From contig JBALDB010000011.1 of NCBI GenBank assembly GCA_036918135.1, positions 224,001 to 288,000 on the forward strand: DNA of 64,000 bases, given 5' to 3'. Under the pieces are notes generated by a model. It ran no database searches. It was not told the DNA's origin and was given only the letters and a program-made list of their open reading frames with translations. Shown here one piece after another: positions 55,810 through 64,000 of this stretch. Every line of letters starts with the position of its first letter. The first letter of the stretch is position 1. The DNA is from Nostoc sp. (GTDB lineage: Bacteria > Cyanobacteriota > Cyanobacteriia > Cyanobacteriales > Nostocaceae). The position numbers and the translations under genes were made by a program.

Positions 55810-57222
55810 TCATCCCCTCCACTCCTGGGTTACTACGTTTGAATGCAACTCAGCCTCTTCCCACGGCGCAGGCTTGCGTATTTGCTCCCAAATCGGGCTA
55901 TAAAGGGCTTCGTACAATTCCCGCGCCATCTCAATCATCCCTACATAACCTGCATAAGGATGGTGGCGTTCTTGGTTGATATCCAAAAAAGGAATCCGGG
56001 CTTTTAAGGCGGTGTATTGGTTACGACCTCCGGCAATCAACATATCTGCTTGAGTATCTCTCACTAGCTGTAACAATTCCTTAGCATTGCCTTTCTCCAG
56101 CATGATGCCATCGTTACCCAGCAACTTCTTAATTTTAGCTTTATCTTCCTCAGTACTTTTTCTAGTACTGGTAGCAACAACTTCAATACCCAAGTCTTTA
56201 GCAGCCGAGATAATCGACCAACTCTTAACACCACCAGTATACAATACAACCCGCTTACCTTTGAGTCGAGCGCGATAAGGAGCCAGTGCCAAATCTAGGG
56301 CAGCAGTTTCTTCGGCAATCAGCTTTTCTGTGCGTTTTTGTAAATCGGGGTCGCCTAATTTAGCAGCAATATTCCGCAGACAGCGATTCATGTCATCGAT
56401 GCCGTAGAAAGATTCTTCAATGTAAGGAATGCCGTAACGCTCATCCATCTTTCTCGCCATGTTCAGCAGCGCTCGCGAGCAGATCATCACATTCAGCTTG
56501 GCACGGTGGGCATAGCGTATTTCATTGTAGCGAGCATCGCCCGTAATTTTGGACAAAATGCGGATGCCTAATTTTTCTAGGAGCGGCGTTACTCCCCACA
56601 TTTCCCCGGCGATGTTGTATTCACCGATTAAGTTAATATCATAGGGCGTAGTGTATTCTGGTTCTGCTGTCCCGACAACATAATCCAACAAAGATTCACC
56701 GCCAAAACGGTTGCCCAGATTTTTACTGCCAATGAATCCTGGAGCAATTACCGGGATAACTGGAGTGCCAATTTTCTCGGCTGCAGCTTTGCAAACTGCA
56801 TCAATATCATCGCCAATTAAAGCAGTCACGCAAGTAGCGTAGACAAACACCGCTGCTGGTTGGTAACGTTCGTGAAGTTCTAGAATCGCTGTGTAAAGCT
56901 TTTTTTCGCCACCAAAAATGACATCATTTTCACTCAAGTCAGTGGTAAAGCCCATCTTGTAGAGTTGTGGCCCAGAGGAGAGACTACCACGACTGCCCCA
57001 AGAATTACCAGCACAGGCTATAGGCCCGTGGACTAAATGAGCAGCATCAGCTATTGGGACTAGGGCAATCATTGCTCCATCAAAGGCACAGCCACCTTGA
57101 GCAGCGCCAGGTTGTGCCTGTTGGCTACAAGACTTATTTTTCTTTTCTGATTGTTTGTGCTGATTATGCTCGCATCCTGACTCAGTGAGCAGCTCGTTAA
57201 TTTTGCCTTGGGTGCTTTTCAT
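55810..57222 (-). CDS. nifE: FeMo-co scaffold alpha subunit
   Basis: [27 protein letters not shown]. Start taken at MKSTQG. Confidence 0.96.
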   Translation of the reverse strand: MKSTQGKINELLTESGCEHNQHKQSEKKNKSCSQQAQPGAAQGGCAFDGAMIALVPIADAAHLVHGPIACAGNSWGSRGSLSSGPQLYKMGFTTDLSENDVIFGGEKKLYTAILELHERYQPAAVFVYATCVTALIGDDIDAVCKAAAEKIGTPVIPVIAPGFIGSKNLGNRFGGESLLDYVVGTAEPEYTTPYDINLIGEYNIAGEMWGVTPLLEKLGIRILSKITGDARYNEIRYAHRAKLNVMICSRALLNMARKMDERYGIPYIEESFYGIDDMNRCLRNIAAKLGDPDLQKRTEKLIAEETAALDLALAPYRARLKGKRVVLYTGGVKSWSIISAAKDLGIEVVATSTRKSTEEDKAKIKKLLGNDGIMLEKGNAKELLQLVRDTQADMLIAGGRNQYTALKARIPFLDINQERHHPYAGYVGMIEMARELYEALYSPIWEQIRKPAPWEEAELHSNVVTQEWRG

Positions 57223-57471
57223 CTCTCTTCTCTTATTGGATAGCAGTTTTTGTTTATCATTGGTCATTGGTCATTTGTTATTTGTCATTTATCATTTGTC
57301 CTCTCTTACAAAGTTCTGTTCGCCCTTGGCGTTGCCGCAGGCATCCAAGGAAGCCTTGGCTCAGACTTTGCGCTTTGTCATTTGTTTTGAATAACTCGTA
57401 ACTGACGAGCAATAACTAACAATTAATGACCAACGACTAATGACCAATGACCAATGACTAATGAGCAATAA

Positions 57472-57819
57472 CTAACAAATATATTTCATGACATCTTCTC
57501 CACATACATCTGTGAGGTAAGATAAAGCACGAAAACGCAATCCGACAAACTCATCATATAAAGGATTGAGTTTACACAATGGTGGAATATCAATACACCG
57601 CCCAAATAATTTTATTTGGCGCTCAAAAGGACAACAACAGGGAATTGTTTGGCAAATTAAATGAGCAAGGCGATTATTTTTCACCTCAATTCCATCCACC
57701 ACACGACGCAAAGGATTGAGGATATTGTTAAATACCCCGCGTTTTTTATAGTTAGGTGGATGGTAATTAGGATGAGGATGAGGATGAGTGTGCGTGTGAG
57801 TGTGATTGATAGTTTCCAT
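57472..57819 (-). CDS. Mo-dependent nitrogenase C-terminal domain protein
   Basis: IPCCCPFER...IPPLCKLNPLY...LRFRAL; HTHTHPHP N-terminus. Confidence 0.88.
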   Translation of the reverse strand: METINHTHTHTHPHPHPNYHPPNYKKRGVFNNILNPLRRVVDGIEVKNNRLAHLICQTIPCCCPFERQIKLFGRCIDIPPLCKLNPLYDEFVGLRFRALSYLTDVCGEDVMKYIC

Positions 57820-57974
57820 TGATTACATGCCTCAGGTAAATGCTAAATTCGGGAATGGGTATTGGGTACTGGGGAGCGGGTATTGGGTATTGGGAAGTAA
57901 ATCCCCATCTCCCCAATGCCTAGTCCCCAGTCCCTAGCTACTAATCCCTAATAACTTGCGTTTTTGTGCAATTC

Positions 57975-59510
57975 CTAACGAATTAAGTCGTAGGAAATAT
58001 CTGTTTTAGAAGGAATATTGGTGTTGCGATCGATTTCTTCAAACAGGGTATTTACAGTCCAGTTGAGGAGGTTGATCGCGCCTTGGTAACCAATGGTGGA
58101 GTAGCGGTGCAGGTGGTGACGATCCATGATGGGATAGCCGATTCTCACAAGGGGAATCTTGGTATCGCGCCACAGGTACTTACCGTAAGTGTTACCAACA
58201 AGGAAGTCTACGGGTTCGGTGAACAGCAAAGAACGCATGTGCCACAGGTCTTTACCAGGCCAAACAGTTGCATTCTTACCGAAGGGGCTAGAAGCAAGCA
58301 ATTCTTTGATTTCTGCTTCAAATACTTCGTTACTGTTGTGAACCAAGATATGCACTGGTTCAGCACCCATTTCCAGCATAAAGCCAACAACGCTGTATAC
58401 TAAATCTGGTTCGCCGTAGATAGCGAAGCGCTTGCCGTGAATCCATGCATGGGAGTCAGTCATGGCATCAACTGCCTGACCGCGTTCAATTTCCAATTGT
58501 TCGGGAATGGGGATACCACTTAGTTCGCTGAGTTTCATCAAGAACTCATCAGTAGCTTTAATACCCCAAGGACGGGAAACTACGGTTGGTTGCTTCCACT
58601 CTTTTTCAATGTACTCGCGGGTCTTGACTGTGGAGTGTGATTGCAGGAATACTGTAGCTTTACCATTAATTGAATCTGCTGCATCTTCCAGCTTTGTACC
58701 ACCCGGATACATATTGAACTCACCTGTGTTGGGTGAATCCAGGTAATCGCTGTTGTCAGCGAGAATGGTGTAGTCAAAGCCAAACAGGGAAGCAATCCGC
58801 TTCAGTTCCCGGTTATTGCCTACGTAGGTGTCAAAACCTGGAATGAAGTTGATTTTGCCGTTGCTGGTTTCTTTCTTATGACCTGCGGTCAAGTTAGAAA
58901 GAATTCCCTTCATCATGTTATCGTAACCAGTGATGTGGGAACCAACAAAGCTGGGGGTGTGAGCGTAAGGAACTGGGAAATCTTGAGGAACTGAACCTGC
59001 ATTTTTAGCGTTGTTGATGAACGCTTGTAAGTCATCACCGATTACCTCTGCCATACAGGTGGTGCAGACAGCAATCATCTTGGGCTTGTAAAGTTGATAA
59101 GAGTTTGCCAAGCCGTCAATCATGTTTTGCAGTCCACCAAACACCGCTGCATCTTCAGTCATCGAAGAAGATACACCAGAAAATGGTTCTTTGTAGTGAC
59201 GGGTTAAGTGGGTGCGGAAGTATGCAACGCAACCTTGGGAACCTTGAACAAAGGGCAGAGTGCCTTCAAATCCAACAGCAGCAAAGATTGCTCCTAAAGG
59301 CTGGCAACCTTTAGCAGGGTTCACAGTTAGAGCTTCACGAGCGAAGTTCTTTTCACGATAATCCCAACCCTTCGTCCATTCTGCAACCCGCTTTACTTCT
59401 TCGGGGTCGTGACCGTTTTCAAATTCTTTCTTGTTTTGGAATAATTGTTGGTATTCTGGCTGGTGAAATAGCTCTACGTGGTCTTGAATTTTGTCTGGAT
59501 TCTGAGGCAT
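57975..59510 (-). CDS. nifK: Nitrogenase MoFe protein beta chain
   Basis: [30 protein letters not shown]; ends DISYDLIR. Confidence 0.98.
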   Translation of the reverse strand: MPQNPDKIQDHVELFHQPEYQQLFQNKKEFENGHDPEEVKRVAEWTKGWDYREKNFAREALTVNPAKGCQPLGAIFAAVGFEGTLPFVQGSQGCVAYFRTHLTRHYKEPFSGVSSSMTEDAAVFGGLQNMIDGLANSYQLYKPKMIAVCTTCMAEVIGDDLQAFINNAKNAGSVPQDFPVPYAHTPSFVGSHITGYDNMMKGILSNLTAGHKKETSNGKINFIPGFDTYVGNNRELKRIASLFGFDYTILADNSDYLDSPNTGEFNMYPGGTKLEDAADSINGKATVFLQSHSTVKTREYIEKEWKQPTVVSRPWGIKATDEFLMKLSELSGIPIPEQLEIERGQAVDAMTDSHAWIHGKRFAIYGEPDLVYSVVGFMLEMGAEPVHILVHNSNEVFEAEIKELLASSPFGKNATVWPGKDLWHMRSLLFTEPVDFLVGNTYGKYLWRDTKIPLVRIGYPIMDRHHLHRYSTIGYQGAINLLNWTVNTLFEEIDRNTNIPSKTDISYDLIR

Positions 59511-59774
59511 TTGTGATCTCCAAGCTTGCTGAGGTCGGTACTAGTCGAGGAATGAGAACTCTTGGAGTGAGAAGCCACTGCGGTCTTGGGGTCTCCCCAA
59601 ATAAAGCAAGTAGCGTTAGGGAGTAAGAAGTAGGGAGTGGGAATATAACTCAAAATTCAGAATGCAAAAATCAAAATTCACTTTTAATTTTTTAATTTTG
59701 AATTTTGAATTCCCAACTCCCCCCTGGGGTTTTTACCCCAGGCTATCTTTACTCAATTTCTCTCTCCCACTTTA

Positions 59775-59925
59775 CTAGGCAGTAACTTTAGCTGTAGTTT
59801 TAGCTTCTGCTTTTTTGCTCCAGGGAGCGCCAATTAATCCCCAGGTTGGGCTGTTGAGTGCCAAATCCATATCGCGAGCGAAGATAGCAAAGCCATCATA
59901 ACCGTGATAAGGGCCGGAGTAATCC
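59775..59925 (-). CDS. nifD: 3' segment of nifD, separated from the 5' part by the excision element
   Basis: [28 protein letters not shown]; homology stops at the 11-bp repeat. Confidence 0.95.
59915..59925 (-). repeat. XisA recombination site GGATTACTCCG
   Basis: Plus strand cggagtaatcc, the canonical nifD-element direct repeat. Confidence 0.93.
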
Positions 59926-60063
59926 TTTTTATGATTTAATTCTTTTAGAGAGCTTAACGTTTGCAATGAGCAATGTCAGAATTAAACATTGTTTGCTGAT
60001 AACACATTTATTTTTAGGCTAAATATAAGCTAAAAGAGAATTTGTAATTCGTAATTTTTAGTT

Positions 60064-60176
60064 AGGCGTTGCTGATTCAAAATATGAGTTTAACTCACGC
60101 ACAGTCGCTCCAGTCGCAGAGGGTAAGAGTTGAGAAGAGTCGATTTTTAAATCTCATATTCAAATTCAGCAACCCT
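60064..60176. mobile_element. MITE-like element upstream of xisA
   Basis: Imperfect inverted ends ggcgttgctgattcaaaatatgag / ctcatattcaaattcagcaaccc. Confidence 0.55.
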
Positions 60177-60293
60177 TGTAATTAAGAGTCCTAATTATGA
60201 ATTAGTAATTCTTTTGCAGGTTTTGAGCCAGTTTCTTCTAGCGATCGCACTTTTCTTGGCTCAAGTCTGCAATCACAGCAGCAAAGAGAACAC

Positions 60294-61613
60294 ATGAAAA
60301 CAAAAGTCTTACTGGAATTAGAAAAAGTAAATCTGCGTTTGAAATCTGCGAAAATAAAAGTCACAATTAGAGAATCGAATGGAAGTCTGCAATTACGCGC
60401 TACGTTACCAATTAAACCAGGAGACAAGGACAAAAACGGCACTGGTAGAAAGCAATACAATCTCAGCTTGAATATTCCTGCAAATTTAGATGGATTAAAG
60501 ACGGCTGAGGAAGAAGCTTATGAATTAGGAAAGTTAATTGCTCGTAAAACCTTTGAATGGAATCATAAATATTTATGTAATGAGGCAATTAAAAAGGATT
60601 TTCAAACAATTGGAGAATTACTTGAAAAGTTTGAAGATGAGTATTTTAAAACTCACAAACGCACGACAAAAAGCGAACATACTTTTTTTTATTATTTTTC
60701 CCGAACCAAGCGATTTACTAATCCTACAGATTTAGCAACTGTGGAAAATTTGATAAGTGTAATTGAAAAAATAGATAAGGAATGGGCTAAGTATAATGCA
60801 GCTAGAGCGATCGCTGCATTTTGCCAAGCATTCAAAATCGAAATTGATTTATCTAAATATTCCAAAATGCCAGAGAAGAATTCCCGCAATATACCAAGCG
60901 ATGCGGAAATAACTGAGGGGATTAGTAAGTTTGAAGAATATTTAAATACTAGAGGCAATCAAGTTAATCAAAATGTTCGAGATAGTTGGCAACTTTGGCA
61001 ATGGACTTATGGAATGTTAGCAGTTTTTGGTTTGCGACCACGCGAGCTTTTTACTAATCCTGACATCGATTGGTGGTTAAGTCAAGAAAATGAAGATTTG
61101 ACATGGAAAGTTAATAAAGATTGCAAGACTGGTGAGAGGGAAGCTTTACCGTTACATAAGCAATGGATTGAAGAATTCGATTTAAAAAACTCAAAATATT
61201 TAGAAATGTTGGCAACGGCAATTAGTAAAAAAGATAATACTAATTATGCAGAAATTACGGCTTTAACACAGCGAGTTAGTTGGTGGTTTCGGAAAATAGG
61301 ATTAGATTTTAAGCCCTATGATTTACGTCATGCTTGGGCAATTCGGGCACATATTTTAGGCATACCAATTAAAGCAGCAGCGGATAACTTGGGGCATAGC
61401 GTACAAGTTCACACACAAACTTATCAGCGTTGGTTCTCGCTGGATATGCGAAAGTTAGCGATTAATCAGGCTTTGAGTAAGAGAAATGAAGTTGAATTGA
61501 TTAGGGAAGAGAATGCTAAATTAAGGATGGAGAATGAGATGTTGAAGTTGAATATTGAAAAATTGAAGATAGAGTTAGTTTATAAACTTGAGGAACGAGA
61601 GGAGATTCAATAG
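60294..61613 (+). CDS. xisA: nifD-element excisase (tyrosine recombinase)
   Basis: SLQLRATLPIKPG; catalytic GLRPRE, KTG, YDLRH, LGHS, TQTY; next to the nifD site. Confidence 0.95.
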   Translation: MKTKVLLELEKVNLRLKSAKIKVTIRESNGSLQLRATLPIKPGDKDKNGTGRKQYNLSLNIPANLDGLKTAEEEAYELGKLIARKTFEWNHKYLCNEAIKKDFQTIGELLEKFEDEYFKTHKRTTKSEHTFFYYFSRTKRFTNPTDLATVENLISVIEKIDKEWAKYNAARAIAAFCQAFKIEIDLSKYSKMPEKNSRNIPSDAEITEGISKFEEYLNTRGNQVNQNVRDSWQLWQWTYGMLAVFGLRPRELFTNPDIDWWLSQENEDLTWKVNKDCKTGEREALPLHKQWIEEFDLKNSKYLEMLATAISKKDNTNYAEITALTQRVSWWFRKIGLDFKPYDLRHAWAIRAHILGIPIKAAADNLGHSVQVHTQTYQRWFSLDMRKLAINQALSKRNEVELIREENAKLRMENEMLKLNIEKLKIELVYKLEEREEIQ

Positions 61614-61711
61614 CTTACTTACTAGATACAAATGCGTGTATCAAAATTCTGAATTTATCAAATTTACCTGTCCCATAAAAAACTATATTAAAGGAAGAAT
61701 CATTCAAAATT

Positions 61712-61975
61712 ATGGCAATAGAAACTCTGAACCAAATACTTAAACAACTTGAGACACTCGAAATAACAGAGCTTCAACAACTTAATCGGGCAATTCAAAA
61801 TTGTCTTATTCATAAGGAGGAAAATTTCAAGCAAGCAGCATTTCATCAAGCTCTAATTGATTCTGGCTTAGTAAAGCAGATTAAACCTTTTGCCTACGAA
61901 CCAATAACTGAACGAAGACTAATTCAGGTTGAGGGAAAGTCTGTTTCTGAAACTATCATTGAGGAACGCCGTTAG
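61712..61975 (+). CDS. Putative antitoxin upstream of a PIN toxin
   Basis: Ends GKSVSETIIEERR; abuts the PIN gene. Confidence 0.7.
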   Translation: MAIETLNQILKQLETLEITELQQLNRAIQNCLIHKEENFKQAAFHQALIDSGLVKQIKPFAYEPITERRLIQVEGKSVSETIIEERR

Positions 61976-62494
61976 ATGGCAATTTACTTCATAGATAGTA
62001 GCGCATTAGTTAAGCGTTATATAAGTGAAACTGGATCGGCTTGGGTCTTGGAGTTATTCGATCCAACTCTCAACAATGAGATATTTATTGCTGCAATAAC
62101 TGGTGTAGAAATTATAGCAGCAATTACAAGGCGATCGCGCAGTGGAAGTATTAGCATTACAGATGCAACAATAACACGCAATCAATTCAGAAGGGATTTA
62201 CAAAAAGACTACCAAATCATTGAAATCACAGAAAGCGTAATTAATTATGGAATGGCATTGTCGGAAATTTATGGTTTACGAGGTTATGACGCTATCCAAC
62301 TAGCAGCTGGTCGTGCAGTTAATACCCTTTGCATCGCCAATGGATTACCTTCTATTACCTTTGTGTCCGCAGATAATAAGTATCACGATCGCATCTCTAA
62401 TGTAGGGTGTGTTGTCGCAAAGCGCAACGCACCTTCATTGTATCAGCAGGCGATCGCATCCCTCCCATATTTATCGCAAAGCAATGCAGCATAA
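61976..62494 (+). CDS. VapC-family PIN toxin with an aberrant C-terminus
   Basis: YFIDSSALVKRY, VE, LRGYDAIQLA, FVSAD; the tail reads through a REP-like hairpin. Confidence 0.85.
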   Translation: MAIYFIDSSALVKRYISETGSAWVLELFDPTLNNEIFIAAITGVEIIAAITRRSRSGSISITDATITRNQFRRDLQKDYQIIEITESVINYGMALSEIYGLRGYDAIQLAAGRAVNTLCIANGLPSITFVSADNKYHDRISNVGCVVAKRNAPSLYQQAIASLPYLSQSNAA

Positions 62495-62535
62495 TCATAG
62501 TTCGGTATCATAAGGTTATTGGGTTCTAGTTGTGT

Positions 62536-62953
62536 GTGTCTGCAAAAGACATTTTTCATGAAGCCGTCAAACGGGGACTGCAAAAAGAAGGGTGGATAGT
62601 TACGCACGATCCGCTAGTTATTAAGTATTGGCAAAGATAAAATGTCAATCGATTTAGGTGCGGAACAAATCTTAGCAGCTGAGCGAGGAACAGAGAAAAT
62701 TGCTGTTGAAATCAAAAGTTTTTTAGAGGATTCAGAACTGTTTGACTACCATGCAGCTTTAGGGCAGTTTCTCAATTATCGATTAGCTTTGCGACTTAGG
62801 GAACCTGAGAGAGTTTTGTTTCTAGCAGTTTCAGTGTCAACGTATAAATCGCTATTTAGCAGGGACTTTGCCCAAACTTCAGTACAAGAGTATCAAGTTA
62901 AATTAATAGTTTACGATCCAAATGATGAGGTGATTGTGCAATGGCAAAGCTAG
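62536..62953 (+). pseudogene. xisH: XisH family protein, frameshifted near 62625
   Basis: GTG-SAKDIFHEAVKRGLQKEGWIVTHDPL, then a +1 shift to IDLGAE...IAVEIKSF...ALGQFLNY. Confidence 0.85.
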
Positions 62954-63276
62954 ACCAATATCGTGAATATATTCAAAACTTATTAACTAAATATGCTAGT
63001 TACCAGCCTTCAGAAGAAGATATTGAAATTCAATTGATATTCGATACGACACGAGACCATTATCAGATTTTAGAGATTGGTTGGGATGGATATAACCGAA
63101 TTTATAATTGTGTGATACATCTTGATATCAAAGATGAAAAAATATGGATTCAGTGTAATATGACAGATATCCAAATTGCCCAAGAGTTGGCTGAAATGGG
63201 AGTACCCAGACAGAATATTGTTTTGGGGCTACAGCCATATTACCTGCGTCAATATACGCAATATGGCGTAGCGTGA
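62941..63276 (+). CDS. xisI: XisI family protein
   Basis: FDTTRDHYQ..GW; IHLDIKDEKIWIQ; GVPRQNIVLG. Confidence 0.92.
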   Translation: MAKLDQYREYIQNLLTKYASYQPSEEDIEIQLIFDTTRDHYQILEIGWDGYNRIYNCVIHLDIKDEKIWIQCNMTDIQIAQELAEMGVPRQNIVLGLQPYYLRQYTQYGVA

Positions 63277-63336
63277 GAGAATAAGCGCGATCGCATATCC
63301 TCTAATCTAGGGCACGTTGGGCTGCGCGACAGCTTG

Positions 63337-63526
63337 CTTCTAAATCAAGTTTTAGACTTCTAAATCAAGTTTTGGACTTCTAAATCAAGTTTTGAACTTC
63401 TAAATCAAGTTTTGAACTTCTAAATCAAGTTTTAAACTTCTAAATCAAGTTTTGAACTTCTAAATCAAGTTTTGGACTTCTAAATCAAGTTTTGAACTTC
63501 TAAATCAAGTTTTGAACTCGTAAATC
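63337..63526. repeat. 20-bp tandem repeat, about 9.5 copies
   Basis: Unit cttctaaatcaagtttt(g/a)(a/g)a. Confidence 0.95.
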
Positions 63527-63707
63527 TGTTAATTTTAACAAATTTCAGCAAATATACCTGCATTTATGCTGTCTATGAATGTTCGATAAATTCTGTAGCT
63601 TTACTCAAGCTGGTACATCAGCTTATTACGTAATTTAGTGATATATAAAGAACTCAGTGTAAAATTCATCAGAGTTCTCTATAAATTAATTCAAAAAGGA
63701 AAACTTT

Positions 63708-64000
63708 ATGCCGCAACGCAGACGAAACTCGCTTGCACTGACGAAAGCTGAACGACGGATTGAAGGAATGCAGACAATTAAGCCTGACTTAGATTTTGGT
63801 AATGGGTTATCAATTGCTACTTACAATAGTATGATTCAAGACTTACGAGAGAAGCTAGCTGCTCATAATCAAGCACGAACGATGATGGATAAAACACAGA
63901 ATGCAGTAGAAGAAGCTGAACGTGTGCTGAATGATTATTCTGAGCATATGCTACTGAGTGTTGCGTCTCGCTATGGCAAAAATAGTGATGAGTATGGAAT
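63708..64000 (+). CDS. Hypothetical coiled-coil protein (3' end outside window)
   Basis: AAGGA RBS; MPQRRRNSLALTKAERRIEGMQTIKPDLDFG...VASRYGKNSDEYG, open to the window end. Confidence 0.75.
   Translation, partial: MPQRRRNSLALTKAERRIEGMQTIKPDLDFGNGLSIATYNSMIQDLREKLAAHNQARTMMDKTQNAVEEAERVLNDYSEHMLLSVASRYGKNSDEYG

Larger units (their letters stand above)
59915..64000. mobile_element. nifD excision element (nifK-proximal part; continues beyond window)
   Basis: Interrupted nifD, 11-bp site and adjacent xisA. Confidence 0.92.

Noticed and set aside
59926..59966. Independent 63-aa gene from ATG 59966
   Set aside because: The N-terminal codons are element sequence; the rest is the nifD 3' segment.
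63337..63526. CRISPR array
   Set aside because: Units are contiguous with no unique spacers and no cas genes are nearby. The same applies to 19590-19696 and 43711-43857.

Overview
Chromosomal region of a heterocyst-forming cyanobacterium (Nostoc-like: many HIP1 GCGATCGC octamers, heptamer STRR repeats). Left to right: a housekeeping block (GNAT, ruvX, DUF3727, YqeG, proB, ROK, Mut7-C); the nif regulator cnfR/patB divergent from fdxB-coxB2A2C2 and small nif-associated genes (cupin, ArsC-like, cysK, LLM monooxygenase); the hypFCDEAB operon with its TPR/NifU-Rieske/NHL upstream genes; uninterrupted hupSL; an accessory stretch (IS5, DUF433/PIN modules, pseudogenes) ending in hupW fused in frame to a PIN-like domain; the minus-strand nifK-nifENX-nifW-hesAB-fdxH block; and the 3' end of nifD followed by the start of the xisA excision element, which carries a VapBC-like pair, xisH/xisI and a 20-bp array. 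Most interesting observations: (i) two families of tiny hairpin elements (24 nt and about 38-41 nt) with compensatory base changes, nested in each other and inserted into nif-associated genes; (ii) a paralogous small protein that follows each of two different flavin oxidoreductases; (iii) the PIN-HupW fusion; (iv) a frameshifted Rpn gene that keeps its internal small-protein start. All family calls come from recognising motifs by eye; no searches were run.
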